DNA of 61,798 nt, counting the filler. It is 4 parts of 4 records of this genome, joined end to end, with 100 filler letters (N's around TTAATTAATTAA, not from the genome) between each part and the next. Parts side by side here need not be neighbours in the genome. Positions count along the whole stretch, not along the records: positions 21,921 to 47,694 come from SRR20825006_2961; 3 more parts are not named here. The stretch is one strand, 5' to 3'. The notes under the pieces were generated by a model. That model did not search any database, was not told the DNA's origin, and saw only the letters and a list, made by a program, of their open reading frames with translations. Shown here in pieces: positions 27,673 through 38,390 of the stretch. A program made the position numbers and the translations under genes. The stretch's first letter is position 1; the number at the start of each line of letters is the position of its first letter.

Positions 27673-29469
27673 ATGGAGAAGATCAGGAATTTTTGCATCA
27701 TTGCGCACATAGACCACGGTAAAAGTACCTTGGCAGACCGTTTGTTGGATTTTACAGGCTCGGTGACCGAACGCGAAAAACAAGACCAATTGTTGGATAA
27801 TATGGACTTGGAGCGTGAAAGGGGAATTACCATCAAGAGCCACGCTATTCAAATGGACTATATGCACAATGGGGAAAAATATGTGCTCAATTTGATCGAC
27901 ACTCCCGGTCATGTGGACTTCTCTTATGAAGTTTCCCGTTCCATTGCTGCCTGTGAAGGTGCCCTTTTAGTGGTTGATGCGGCACAAAGTATCCAGGCGC
28001 AGACCATATCCAACCTTTATTTGGCTTTGGAAAACGATTTGGAGATCATTCCCGTGCTCAACAAAGTCGATCTCCCCAGTGCCAACCCGGAAGAGGTTAC
28101 CGACGATATCGTGGACCTCTTGGGCTGCAGGCCGGAAGAGGTAATTCCGGCCAGTGCCAAGACCGGGATAGGCATACAAGAGATTTTGACCGCGATCATC
28201 GATCGCATTCCTCCTCCAAAAGGTAACCGTGATGAGTCCTTGCAGGCATTGGTCTTTGATTCCGTATATAATCCTTTTAGGGGTGTTGAGACCTATTTTA
28301 GGGTGGTCAACGGTGAAATCACCAAAGGACAGAAAATAAAATTTGTAGCTACCGGTAGATCGTATGAGGCCGATGAAATCGGAACCTTGAAACTTACGCA
28401 GCATCCCAAACAGAAGATCTCAACCGGTGATGTGGGATACTTGATCACCGGTATCAAAGATGCCCGTGAGGTTAAGGTCGGTGATACCATTACCGATTCG
28501 GCCAACCCTACGAAAAACCCGATCGGTGGTTTCGAGGATGTGAAGCCCATGGTTTTCGCCGGAATCTACCCAGTTGACACCGAAGATTTTGAAGATCTGC
28601 GCTCCTCCATGGAGAAGCTTCAGCTTAACGATGCTTCCCTTGTGTTCACTCCTGAAAGCAGTGCCGCATTGGGCTTTGGTTTCCGCTGCGGGTTCTTGGG
28701 CATGTTGCACATGGAGATCATCCAAGAGCGTTTGGAGCGCGAGTTCGATATGACCGTAATCACTACGGTGCCCAACGTGAGCTACCACGCCTATACCACA
28801 AAGGACAAGGAAACAGCAGTTATCGTAAACAACCCGTCTGACCTTCCCGACCCATCGACCGTTGATCGTGTTGAAGAACCGTATATCAAGGCGACCATTA
28901 TCACGAAGTCGGATTTTGTTGGGAACGTAATGTCCCTCTGTATCGAAAAGCGGGGACAGATCGTTAACCAGACCTATTTGACCACGGAAAGGGTAGAGCT
29001 TATTTTTGACATGCCCTTGGCCGAGATCGTTTTTGATTTTTACGACCGCTTAAAGACCGTTTCAAAAGGTTATGCTTCTTTTGATTATTCGCCCATAGGC
29101 ATGCGAGTGTCCAAACTGGTTCGGGTAGATATCCTTTTGAACGCCCAACCCGTGGATGCTTTATCCGCATTGGTCCATTTTGACAATGCACATACCATCG
29201 GTAAAAAGATGTGCGAGAAATTAAAGGAGCTCATCCCCAGGCAACAGTTCGATATCCCCATTCAAGCAGCCATTGGTTCCAAGATCATTTCCAGAGAAAC
29301 TATCAAGGCGTTGCGAAAAGATGTTACCGCCAAATGTTATGGAGGTGATATTTCCCGTAAGCGTAAATTGTTGGAGAAGCAGAAAAAGGGTAAAAAACGT
29401 ATGCGCCAAGTGGGCAACGTAGAAATTCCTCAACAAGCTTTTATGGCCGTTCTAAAACTGAACGATTAA
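27673..29469 (+). CDS. lepA: Elongation factor 4
   Basis: [60 protein letters not shown]. Confidence 0.99.
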   Translation: MEKIRNFCIIAHIDHGKSTLADRLLDFTGSVTEREKQDQLLDNMDLERERGITIKSHAIQMDYMHNGEKYVLNLIDTPGHVDFSYEVSRSIAACEGALLVVDAAQSIQAQTISNLYLALENDLEIIPVLNKVDLPSANPEEVTDDIVDLLGCRPEEVIPASAKTGIGIQEILTAIIDRIPPPKGNRDESLQALVFDSVYNPFRGVETYFRVVNGEITKGQKIKFVATGRSYEADEIGTLKLTQHPKQKISTGDVGYLITGIKDAREVKVGDTITDSANPTKNPIGGFEDVKPMVFAGIYPVDTEDFEDLRSSMEKLQLNDASLVFTPESSAALGFGFRCGFLGMLHMEIIQERLEREFDMTVITTVPNVSYHAYTTKDKETAVIVNNPSDLPDPSTVDRVEEPYIKATIITKSDFVGNVMSLCIEKRGQIVNQTYLTTERVELIFDMPLAEIVFDFYDRLKTVSKGYASFDYSPIGMRVSKLVRVDILLNAQPVDALSALVHFDNAHTIGKKMCEKLKELIPRQQFDIPIQAAIGSKIISRETIKALRKDVTAKCYGGDISRKRKLLEKQKKGKKRMRQVGNVEIPQQAFMAVLKLND

Positions 29470-29474
29470 CTGGT

Positions 29475-31253
29475 TTAGCTTCCCGGATTAAAAGGAAAAA
29501 AGTACGGTATCACAAAAGTGGCCGCTATCCATATAATGATATTGAGCGGGGTCCCGACCTTTAAAAAATCATTGAATTTATAATTTCCAGGAGCATAGAC
29601 CATGGTGTTCGTCGGATAGCTTACCGGGGTCATAAAGGTCAGGGAGCAGGCAAACATCACCGCCACCAAAAACGGCCTTTCACTTATCCCCATCGCGGAG
29701 GCCAAACTGATGACTATCGGTGTCATCAAAGCTGCCGTGGCCTTGCTTGAAAGCACATTGGTGCTCAAAAAAGTAACCAGATACAATATACTTAGGGTCA
29801 CTTGGGCATGATAATTTCCCAAGGTCTGCTCTATAAAAAGGGCGATTTTTTCGGCCCCACCAGTCTTTTCAAGGGCCGTTCCCATGGAAAGTACGCCTGC
29901 CATCATAAAGATGACCTTCCATTCCACTGCCTCGTACGCTTCTTTCGGTTTTAACGTGGAGGTGGCCACCAATAACAGGGCCCCCACCATACTGCTGATC
30001 AAAATGGAGGTGAGATTGAGCGAGGCCGCCAGTACCACACCTACAGCTATAACAATAGCGGGAACCGCTTTTCTATAATTGACCTTTTGGTGCTTATACT
30101 CGGACAGGGCCACCACCAAGCCCTGCTCGACCAGCACATCAACATCGGCTTCAGTGCCCAAAATCAACAGCATATCGCCCTCTGTCAACTTTACGTCGGC
30201 CAGTTTTTCGTACAAAATCTCCCCTCGCTGCCGTATGGCCAAAACCGATCCATTGTATTGCCTCCTAAAATTAAGGGAGCGCAGGGAGCCCTCCGTAAGC
30301 CTTGAGCCAAAAGGAACGATAACCTCATAAACATTTTTCTCCAGTTCTGATTCGTTAAACTGTTTGTCACCGGTCACCCTGTAGCCTTTTAAGTCCCGGA
30401 TGGCGTTCAATGTCTTCGGCGGAACGAGGACTTTCATTACGTCCCCTTCCAAAATAAACGTTTCGGGGCCAATGCTTTTCCTGTTAAACCTATCCCTGGA
30501 AATGCTTAAGATCTGCACATTATGGTCGTTGACCAGTTTGGACAGGTGCAAAGGCTTGTCGCTATCGGGGCAATCCTTTTCCACCAACAGTTCGGTAATA
30601 TACTTTTCTGCTTCTTTCGTAAGTACGTTCAACTCTTTTTTCGCCTTTGGCAAGAGCAGCGGTGCCACAAAAAATATATAGGCAAAGCCAATTGTCGCCA
30701 AGCAAAGGGCGGCCAGGCTAAACTCGAACATTCCAAAACCCTCCAATCCATATTCTTCGGCATAACTGCTCACCAAAATATTGGTGGAGGTGCCTATCAA
30801 GGTACAGGTGCCCCCAAAAAGTGCCGAAAAGGATATGGGAATCAACAACATGCCCGGAGATATCTTCGTCTCCCTACAAACCGTCAGTGCAATTGGCAAA
30901 AGTAGCGCCACCACCGCGGAATCGTTCACAAAGGCGGAAAACATGCCCGCAATAAGACAAAAGGTGATCAGGGCAATGCTGTAATGTATTTTTGCCAGTT
31001 TTATGATCCTATCGCTAAGACCTCCCAAGATACCCGAATTGAACACCCCCGCACTTACCACGAACATGCACCCCAGGGTTATGGTGGCCGGATGATTGAA
31101 TCCCGAAAAACCTTCCTTTGGATTCAGGACGCCGGCAACAATAAAGAGGGCCATTATAATAATGGATGTGGTATCTATGGAAAAATAATCCTTTATGAAC
31201 AGGACGATTCCTATACAGATGATCACAATGGTAATAATCAAATCACTGCCCAT
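29475..31253 (-). CDS. SLC13 family permease with TrkA-C domains
   Basis: SAFVND, GGTCTLIGTSTN, central RCK-C region, TPVSYPTNTMV..PG.Y.F.DF. Confidence 0.9.
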   Translation of the reverse strand: MGSDLIITIVIICIGIVLFIKDYFSIDTTSIIIMALFIVAGVLNPKEGFSGFNHPATITLGCMFVVSAGVFNSGILGGLSDRIIKLAKIHYSIALITFCLIAGMFSAFVNDSAVVALLLPIALTVCRETKISPGMLLIPISFSALFGGTCTLIGTSTNILVSSYAEEYGLEGFGMFEFSLAALCLATIGFAYIFFVAPLLLPKAKKELNVLTKEAEKYITELLVEKDCPDSDKPLHLSKLVNDHNVQILSISRDRFNRKSIGPETFILEGDVMKVLVPPKTLNAIRDLKGYRVTGDKQFNESELEKNVYEVIVPFGSRLTEGSLRSLNFRRQYNGSVLAIRQRGEILYEKLADVKLTEGDMLLILGTEADVDVLVEQGLVVALSEYKHQKVNYRKAVPAIVIAVGVVLAASLNLTSILISSMVGALLLVATSTLKPKEAYEAVEWKVIFMMAGVLSMGTALEKTGGAEKIALFIEQTLGNYHAQVTLSILYLVTFLSTNVLSSKATAALMTPIVISLASAMGISERPFLVAVMFACSLTFMTPVSYPTNTMVYAPGNYKFNDFLKVGTPLNIIIWIAATFVIPYFFPFNPGS

Positions 31254-31374
31254 ATTGCGCGCAATTTAGAGTTCTATTCTTTGTTTGGCCACCTGTTTTT
31301 CTGTGCCGGCTCTACTATGGTACGTGAATAGAATCGTCTCTAAACCATTTTCGATTCTTCTTCAGAAAACAATT

Positions 31375-33228
31375 TTATTCTTTTTCGGGATTCTTTTCCT
31401 CTTTTTTAACTTGAATTTCCCTCCCCAAATAAACCAGTTTAAAGCCCTCGCCTTTTGGAGTAAAATCCTTGCTGTTGGCGGGTATGATCTCAATACTGCC
31501 GTCCGGGGATTTTGTGAACAAGGGTACAATGTCTCTTTCTTCCACGGTAATATCTATCAAATCATCATAGTGTTCCTTGTCCTCCAGATCAATCTCGTGT
31601 ATGATAGGGTGCTTCCGTACCGTATCCATCAATTGGATAAAGTCATCGGTATGCGAAAAAAGTCCTTCTTTTGGGTTATTGTCAGGGTCGTTCACCTCTT
31701 CGGTATTTACAAGCCTGAAAGCTCCGTTCTCCCCAAATTGTCGTTGAAACTTGTTGATCGCGAATTTGTTGATATCCGAGTTCCCGGTCAACGCCATTAG
31801 ATATCCCATATCGTTAAGCTCGATATTATCGGTTAGCGTATCGGAGAAAATATTGGCGGTAATGGCCTCAAGTCCCAATTTTTTCGCTTTTTCCACATTG
31901 TTTTGGTTGTTGTCTATCAATACGACGTGCCTATTGTTCTTCCTCAAATAGTTTCCGATGAGCCTGGACAGTTTGGAGGCGCCAATAATTAAAATACCCT
32001 CGGACTTCTTCAGGAACACGCCAACGAGCTTGGCAAAAAAACGGGCCGTAGTCGCATTTAACAATACGGTTCCCAGAACGATCATAAAGACCAACGGGGT
32101 AATGTATTCCGCGCCCGGTTCTCCCCTTGATACCAGTTTAGATCCAAAAAGCGAAGCAATACCCGCCGCTACGATACCGCGCGGACCCACCCATCCTATA
32201 AAAAGCTTTTCGTTGAATTTTAAATTGGACCCCTGGGCGCTCAGAAAGACCCCGATAGGCCGTATAAGGAATACAATTACCGCAAAAAGGGCAACGGTGT
32301 TCCAGTTGTAAATAAGTTCTAGATCGCTAATATTGATATTGGCCGCCAATAGGATAAAAAGGATGGAAATCAACAACACGCTCAGGGATTCCTTAAAATA
32401 AAGAAGTTCCTTGATGTTCGGCAGGTTCATGTTGCCCATGACCATACCCATCACCACTACGGCCAACAGGCCGGATTCGTGGGCGAACAGGTCCGATTCC
32501 ACATATACCAGGAGTACCGTGGAGAGCGAAACCACATTGAGCAGGTAATGCGGGATAAAATTTCTTTTGATGGCAAATGCCAATGCATGTGCAAAGGTGA
32601 ACCCAAAAGTCGTCCCGAACAGGATGATCTTACCGAACTCGATAAGTGCCGTTTGGGTAAAGGCCTGTCCCTCTCCAACACTAATGAACTCGAACACCAA
32701 TACCGCGACCAAGGCCCCGATGGGGTCGATCAATATCCCTTCCCATTTCAGGACCGCCGAGACGTCCTTTTTTAGTGGAATGTTCCTAAGAATAGGTGTG
32801 ATCACGGTAGGCCCGGTCACAATGATCAAACCGGAGAACAAAAAGGAAATTTGCCAAGAAAGTCCAAAAACATAGTGTGCTGCGACCCCTGCTCCAAAAA
32901 AAGTGACCACTGTACCGATGGTGATCAATTTGGTGATGACAGGTCCCACATTGGATATCTCCGCCCTTTTTAGGGTCAACCCTCCTTCAAAAAGTATGAC
33001 ACTTATCGCCAAGGACACAAAATAGTACAACCCTTCGCCCGGGAACAAGCCTTTCTCGCCATTCCAAATAGGTTCTATCAGTTTTGATCCGTCCTCCGTG
33101 TATAAAGTCGCTATGGGGCCTACCAGCAACCCTATCAATATAAGGGGTAAGATCGCAGGAAGCTTGAAGCGCCAAGCGACCCATTGTGCAATAATGCCAA
33201 GAATTATGATTCCAGCAAGTTCGAGCAT
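31375..33228 (-). CDS. NhaP-type cation:proton antiporter with C-terminal TrkA-N domain
   Basis: ILFEGGL, VTGPTVI, WEGILIDPIG, ESGLLAV, GPRGIVAA. Confidence 0.92.
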   Translation of the reverse strand: MLELAGIIILGIIAQWVAWRFKLPAILPLILIGLLVGPIATLYTEDGSKLIEPIWNGEKGLFPGEGLYYFVSLAISVILFEGGLTLKRAEISNVGPVITKLITIGTVVTFFGAGVAAHYVFGLSWQISFLFSGLIIVTGPTVITPILRNIPLKKDVSAVLKWEGILIDPIGALVAVLVFEFISVGEGQAFTQTALIEFGKIILFGTTFGFTFAHALAFAIKRNFIPHYLLNVVSLSTVLLVYVESDLFAHESGLLAVVVMGMVMGNMNLPNIKELLYFKESLSVLLISILFILLAANINISDLELIYNWNTVALFAVIVFLIRPIGVFLSAQGSNLKFNEKLFIGWVGPRGIVAAGIASLFGSKLVSRGEPGAEYITPLVFMIVLGTVLLNATTARFFAKLVGVFLKKSEGILIIGASKLSRLIGNYLRKNNRHVVLIDNNQNNVEKAKKLGLEAITANIFSDTLTDNIELNDMGYLMALTGNSDINKFAINKFQRQFGENGAFRLVNTEEVNDPDNNPKEGLFSHTDDFIQLMDTVRKHPIIHEIDLEDKEHYDDLIDITVEERDIVPLFTKSPDGSIEIIPANSKDFTPKGEGFKLVYLGREIQVKKEEKNPEKE

Positions 33229-33437
33229 CGTTTAAGTTTTGTGGAAATTTACTGTTTTTCTTTTAGATAATCATTCTTCAATATCCCTGTCAAGGGATAG
33301 AAAAGCGCATATCCGCCCAAACTATGGCCGTTTTAATGAAACTCTTCCCTTTTTTGTTAAAATAGGGCCAATATATCCTTATTTTTTCGCCATTTGGGTC
33401 GTGCTTTTCTTATTTTGCACCCCATTTTACTTTCGGA

Positions 33438-34304
33438 ATGACAATTTATCCCATAGAGACAGGTAATTTTAAGTTGGATGGTGGAGCCATGTTCGGTGTC
33501 GTCCCCAAATCTATTTGGAACAGGACCAACCCTGCAGATGCCAACAATATGATCGATCTTGCCGCCCGGTGCCTTTTGATAGAAGAAGGTGACAGGCTTA
33601 TTTTGATCGATAACGGACTTGGCAACAAACAATCAGAAAAATTCTTTAGCTACTATCACCTCTGGGGCGATCATTCATTGGACAAATCATTGAAAAATGC
33701 CGGCTTCCATCGGGACGATGTAACGGACGTTTTTTTGACCCATCTCCATTTTGACCATTGCGGTGGCAGTATCCAATGGAACAAAGACCGAACCGGTTAT
33801 GAGCCCGCCTTCAAAAATGCCAAGTTCTGGACAAATAAAGACCATTGGGAATGGGCCACCCAACCGAACGCAAGGGAAAAAGCTTCCTTTTTAAAAGAAA
33901 ATCTGTTGCCCATGCAAGAAAGCGGCCAGTTGCATTTTGTGGACCGAAGGGAATCCTCTTTCATAGAAAATTCTGAACTCGGGTTCGGTATCCATTTCGT
34001 GGACGGCCATACCGATAAACAAATGCTACCGCATTTAAATTATAAAGGCAAGACCTTGGTCTTTGTGGCCGACCTGGTTCCTACCGTTGGGCATATTCCC
34101 CTGCCCTATGTGATGGGATATGACACACGGCCCTTGTTGACCTTAAAAGAAAAAGAATCCTTTTTAAAAAAAGCTGCAGAAAACGATTGGCTCCTCTTGT
34201 TCGAGCACGATGCACATAATCAAATCTGCTCATTGAAGCAGTCCGAAAAGGGAGCCCGCCTCGATGGCCTCTTTTCCTACAATGAAATATTCAGTATACA
34301 ATAA
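33438..34304 (+). CDS. MBL-fold metallo-hydrolase
   Basis: LDGGAMFGVVP, THLHFDHCGG, GHT, FEHD. Confidence 0.93.
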   Translation: MTIYPIETGNFKLDGGAMFGVVPKSIWNRTNPADANNMIDLAARCLLIEEGDRLILIDNGLGNKQSEKFFSYYHLWGDHSLDKSLKNAGFHRDDVTDVFLTHLHFDHCGGSIQWNKDRTGYEPAFKNAKFWTNKDHWEWATQPNAREKASFLKENLLPMQESGQLHFVDRRESSFIENSELGFGIHFVDGHTDKQMLPHLNYKGKTLVFVADLVPTVGHIPLPYVMGYDTRPLLTLKEKESFLKKAAENDWLLLFEHDAHNQICSLKQSEKGARLDGLFSYNEIFSIQ

Positions 34305-34330
34305 CCTCACATTTTTTACAATTAATTTTT

Positions 34331-35980
34331 ATGAATCGCACATATAACAAACTATCATTCCTATCGCTGTCCGCCGCTCTATTTTTAATGGGTTGTGGGT
34401 CCACCGGATTGGTCTCGACCCCGGTTGAGAACATTGACTCTGTACCCTTGAAAGTCGCTGAACTTACCGAAACGCAGAAGAAAAACTGGGGACACTTGGA
34501 CCTTATCAAGGACACGATACCGGGAATGAGCGTGGATAAGGCCTACGATGAAATCATTAAGAACAAAAAAGGAAAAACCGTTGTCGTGGCCGTTTTGGAT
34601 TCGGGCATGGATCTGGAGCACGAAGACCTGAAGGGCGTCCTTTGGACCAATTCTGGCGAAACACCCGACAATGGCAAGGATGATGATGGCAATGGTTATG
34701 TGGACGATATCCACGGTTACAACTTTTTGGGCGGATCCTATAACGAGCAATTGGAGTATGTCCGAATGCTGCGTTTGAACATCGGGGATGCGTCCGAAAG
34801 GGCAGAAGCAAGACTTTTGCTCGATAAGGAATATCCCGAAGCCGTTCAGAACAAACAGCAGTACGAACAAATATTTCAGGTGGTGAAAGGCGCCGATGAG
34901 CTTGTTAAAAACGAGTTGGGCAAAGAGACCTATACCAAAAAAGATCTGCTCTCCATAGAACCAAAAACGGCGCAAATGGAGCAAAGTGTTGCGGTTTTGA
35001 CCCAAATGTTTACCTATGGCGACAGTATTCCCGAAGTATTGGAGGAGCTTGAAGAAGGCATCACTTATTTTACCGATCAGGCCAACTACAACCTCAACAA
35101 GGACTTTAACGGCAGGGAGCCTGTGGGCGACGACCCTTATGAAATTACCGATGTGCCGTACGGAAACGGAAACCCAAAGAACATGGTGGACACCGAGAGC
35201 CATGGTACCCACGTTGCCGGAATTATCGCTGCAAAAAGAAACAATGGCATTGGTATGAACGGAGTGGCCAACAACGTTGAAATTATGAGCATCAGGGCCG
35301 TTCCCAACGGAGATGAATACGACAAGGATATTGCTTTGGGCATTAGGTATGCCGTTGACAACGGAGCCTCCATAATCAACTGTAGCTTCGGGAAATCTTT
35401 TTCTCCTAAAGCCGAGTGGGTCTACGATGCCATAAAATATGCCGCATCCAAGGATGTGTTGATCGTGCATGCCGCAGGAAACGATGGCGAGGACCTAGAG
35501 GTTCCGGAAAACAGGAATTATCCAAATGACGATATGGACAGGGATAGCGAATTTGTGGACAACGTGATTACCGTTGGGGCCCTTTCCAGCAGTTACGGTT
35601 CTGAAATGGTCGCGTCTTTCTCCAATTATGGAAAACAACGTGTAGATGTATTCGCCCCGGGCGACGCCATATATTCCACGATGCCCAATAGCGAATACGA
35701 ATTCCAGGGCGGAACATCCATGGCGGCCCCAGCAGTTGCAGGCGTTGCTGCATTGATTCTTTCTTATTATCCAGACCTTTCCGCTTCCCAGGTCAAAAGT
35801 ATCATCATGCAGTCCGGACTTAGGGCCAAGACATCCGTTATCGTTGCAGGGGATGAGACCAAAGCGACCACTTTCGACAAAATTTCCAAGTCCGGTAAGA
35901 TGGTTAATGCCTATAATGCCTTAATTTTAGCGGACAACATCTCAAACGGTAAAATGACCTTAGAAAGCAATTCTAAATAA
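34331..35980 (+). CDS. S8 (subtilisin) family peptidase, lipoprotein
   Basis: Lipobox LMGC; triad VAVLDSG, HGTHVAG, GTSMAAP. Confidence 0.95.
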   Translation: MNRTYNKLSFLSLSAALFLMGCGSTGLVSTPVENIDSVPLKVAELTETQKKNWGHLDLIKDTIPGMSVDKAYDEIIKNKKGKTVVVAVLDSGMDLEHEDLKGVLWTNSGETPDNGKDDDGNGYVDDIHGYNFLGGSYNEQLEYVRMLRLNIGDASERAEARLLLDKEYPEAVQNKQQYEQIFQVVKGADELVKNELGKETYTKKDLLSIEPKTAQMEQSVAVLTQMFTYGDSIPEVLEELEEGITYFTDQANYNLNKDFNGREPVGDDPYEITDVPYGNGNPKNMVDTESHGTHVAGIIAAKRNNGIGMNGVANNVEIMSIRAVPNGDEYDKDIALGIRYAVDNGASIINCSFGKSFSPKAEWVYDAIKYAASKDVLIVHAAGNDGEDLEVPENRNYPNDDMDRDSEFVDNVITVGALSSSYGSEMVASFSNYGKQRVDVFAPGDAIYSTMPNSEYEFQGGTSMAAPAVAGVAALILSYYPDLSASQVKSIIMQSGLRAKTSVIVAGDETKATTFDKISKSGKMVNAYNALILADNISNGKMTLESNSK

Positions 35981-35983
35981 AAT

Positions 35984-37834
35984 ATGAAGCATTTACGATC
36001 CCTCTTTTTTTCGTCCTTTTTTGGGGCTACCCTTTTTTTAAGTGCGCAATCAAGTGACTGGCAACAGCACGTGGATTATACCATGGATGTACAAATGGAT
36101 GTAAAGACCTATCAGTACACCGGCACCCAAAAATTGGTCTATACCAACAATTCCCCGGATGAATTGAGCCGCGTTTTTTATCATTTATACTACAATGCCT
36201 TTCAGCCCGGTAGTGAAATGGACATTAGGCTACAAAACATTAAAGATCCCGATAAACGGATGATGGTCGATGGAAAAAGCAGGATTGCATCCCTTTCAGA
36301 AAGTGAAATGGGGTATCTTCATACAGAATCGCTTACCCAAGACGGCCAACCTGTTTCCTTTACAGAAGAAGGCACCATTCTTGTGGTCGATTTGGCCAAG
36401 CCTATTCCTTCCGGAGGAAAAACCACTTTAGAAATGACCTTCAAGGGGCAAGTTCCCCTTCAAATTAGACGCTCTGGAAGAAATAGTAGCGAGGGCGTTG
36501 CGCTTTCCATGAGCCAGTGGTATCCAAAACTTTCAGAATATGATTTTGAAGGATGGCATCCAAATCCATACATAGCCCGTGAATTTCATGGGGTTTGGGG
36601 AGATTTTGATGTAAAGATTACCTTGGACAAAGATTATACCGTTGGAGGCTCTGGATATCTTCAAAATCCAGATGAAATTGGACACGGATATGAAGCACCG
36701 GGCACAAAAGTAAAAACCAAGGGCAAAACCTTGACTTGGCATTTTAAGGCCCCGAAGGTTCACGATTTTATGTGGGCGGCCGATCCTGAGTATATCCACG
36801 ACATTTATCAAATGGAAGATGGTCCTACCCTTCATTTCTTCTACAAGGATAACCCAGAGTTCAATGAAAATTGGAAAAACCTTCAGCCAAAAACGGCGGA
36901 AGCCATGAAGTTCTTTAGCAATAATGTTGGGAAATACCCTTATGAACAATACTCCGTGGTGCAGGGAGGTGATGGCGGAATGGAATATGCCATGAGCACC
37001 TTGATTACCGGCGAACGTGAATTCGGAAGCTTGGTCGGGGTAATGGTGCACGAAATGGCACACTCTTGGTTCCAGCACGTGCTTGCAACCAACGAATCCG
37101 AACATGAGTGGATGGACGAAGGTTTTACTTCGTTTATTAGCAGCTTGTGTATGAACCAGATCATGGAACAAAACAAACAAAACCCTTTTGAGGGTTCTTA
37201 CCGTGGATATTACGCTCTGGTAAACTCAGGTCTTGAAATGCCCCAGTCCACCCATGCGGACAGATATACGACGAATTTTGCCTATGGGGTTTCAGCCTAT
37301 AGCAAAGGTTCTATTTTCCTTTCCCAATTGGGCTATGTGATCGGACAGGACAAGTTGATGGAGACCATCCAAAAATATTTTGAAGACTTCAAGTTCAAGC
37401 ACCCTGTTCCGAACGACATCAAAAGAACGGCAGAAAAGGTATCCGGTATGGAACTCAACTGGTATTTGACCGATTGGACGCAGACTACCAACACCATTGA
37501 TTACGGTATCAAAAGTGTTGATGCAGATGGGGAGAACACCAAAGTTACCATGGAGCGCATAGGAGAAATGCCCATGCCTTTGGATATCCTGGTCGTTGGC
37601 AAGGATGGGACACAAAAAACATACTACGTTCCATTGCGTATGATGTACGGCGAAAAAGAAAACCCATATCCAAATTTGGACCGTACCGTTTTGGAAGACT
37701 GGCCATGGGCCTACCCAACGTACGAATTTACCTTGGACATGCCCTTGGAAAACGTGCAGGCCATTATGATCGACCCTTCTCAATTGATGGCCGATGTGGA
37801 TGGTGAGAACAACGTATACCAAGCAGAGGAATAA
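35984..37834 (+). CDS. M1 family metalloaminopeptidase
   Basis: GGMEY, HEMAHSWF..E..W.DEG. Confidence 0.94.
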   Translation: MKHLRSLFFSSFFGATLFLSAQSSDWQQHVDYTMDVQMDVKTYQYTGTQKLVYTNNSPDELSRVFYHLYYNAFQPGSEMDIRLQNIKDPDKRMMVDGKSRIASLSESEMGYLHTESLTQDGQPVSFTEEGTILVVDLAKPIPSGGKTTLEMTFKGQVPLQIRRSGRNSSEGVALSMSQWYPKLSEYDFEGWHPNPYIAREFHGVWGDFDVKITLDKDYTVGGSGYLQNPDEIGHGYEAPGTKVKTKGKTLTWHFKAPKVHDFMWAADPEYIHDIYQMEDGPTLHFFYKDNPEFNENWKNLQPKTAEAMKFFSNNVGKYPYEQYSVVQGGDGGMEYAMSTLITGEREFGSLVGVMVHEMAHSWFQHVLATNESEHEWMDEGFTSFISSLCMNQIMEQNKQNPFEGSYRGYYALVNSGLEMPQSTHADRYTTNFAYGVSAYSKGSIFLSQLGYVIGQDKLMETIQKYFEDFKFKHPVPNDIKRTAEKVSGMELNWYLTDWTQTTNTIDYGIKSVDADGENTKVTMERIGEMPMPLDILVVGKDGTQKTYYVPLRMMYGEKENPYPNLDRTVLEDWPWAYPTYEFTLDMPLENVQAIMIDPSQLMADVDGENNVYQAEE

Positions 37835-37858
37835 GCAGCTTTCCTTTAACAGAACAAC

Positions 37859-37886
37859 AAGGGTGGCCGTTTGTGCCGCCCTTTTT
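37859..37886 (+). terminator. Intrinsic terminator
   Basis: AAGGGTGGC-CGTTTGT-GCCGCCCTTTTT. Confidence 0.75.
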
Positions 37887-37946
37887 CATTTAATCTTGGA
37901 TTTATTTAAGTAATTTGACCTTTCCAAAGAACTAGTCTCCATCATA

Positions 37947-38390
37947 ATGTCTGAAGAAAATACAGATTCAAACGATACTAATACACCCCTAAGGTCCCCT
38001 CAAGGGGACTTTTCCTTTCCAAAAAAAGAGAAACTGACCAATAAAAAATTGTTCGAAGCGCTTTTTACAGAAGGCAAGTCCCTTCATGTATTTCCGGTTA
38101 AGCTGATCTACCTCCCTTCAAATTTTAGTGATGGCTCCAGAGTAAAGGTCGCTGTTGTCGCCCCAAAAAGAAAATTTAAAACGGCGGTAGACCGCAACCG
38201 CATCAAACGATTAATGAGAGAGGCCTACAGGCTCAACAAGCCCCTCATTTTTAACAACATTGAAAGGAATTTTGCGTTCATATTTTTATACCTTGGCAAG
38301 AAGGCTCCAAGTTTTGATGAAGTAGAAATAGCCATGAAAAAGCTGTTGGATGCCTTTGTAAATAAAGAATCCCATGAAAAGATTGATTAG
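37947..38390 (+). CDS. rnpA: Ribonuclease P protein component
   Basis: FPKKEKL, KRKFKTAVDRNRIKRLMREAYR (RNR motif). Confidence 0.95.
   Translation: MSEENTDSNDTNTPLRSPQGDFSFPKKEKLTNKKLFEALFTEGKSLHVFPVKLIYLPSNFSDGSRVKVAVVAPKRKFKTAVDRNRIKRLMREAYRLNKPLIFNNIERNFAFIFLYLGKKAPSFDEVEIAMKKLLDAFVNKESHEKID
37983..38009 (+). repeat. 27-bp palindromic repeat, copy 1 (inside the rnpA 5' coding region)
   Basis: ACACCCCTAAGGTCCCCTCAAGGGGAC; 26/27 identical to 41630-41656. Confidence 0.85.
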
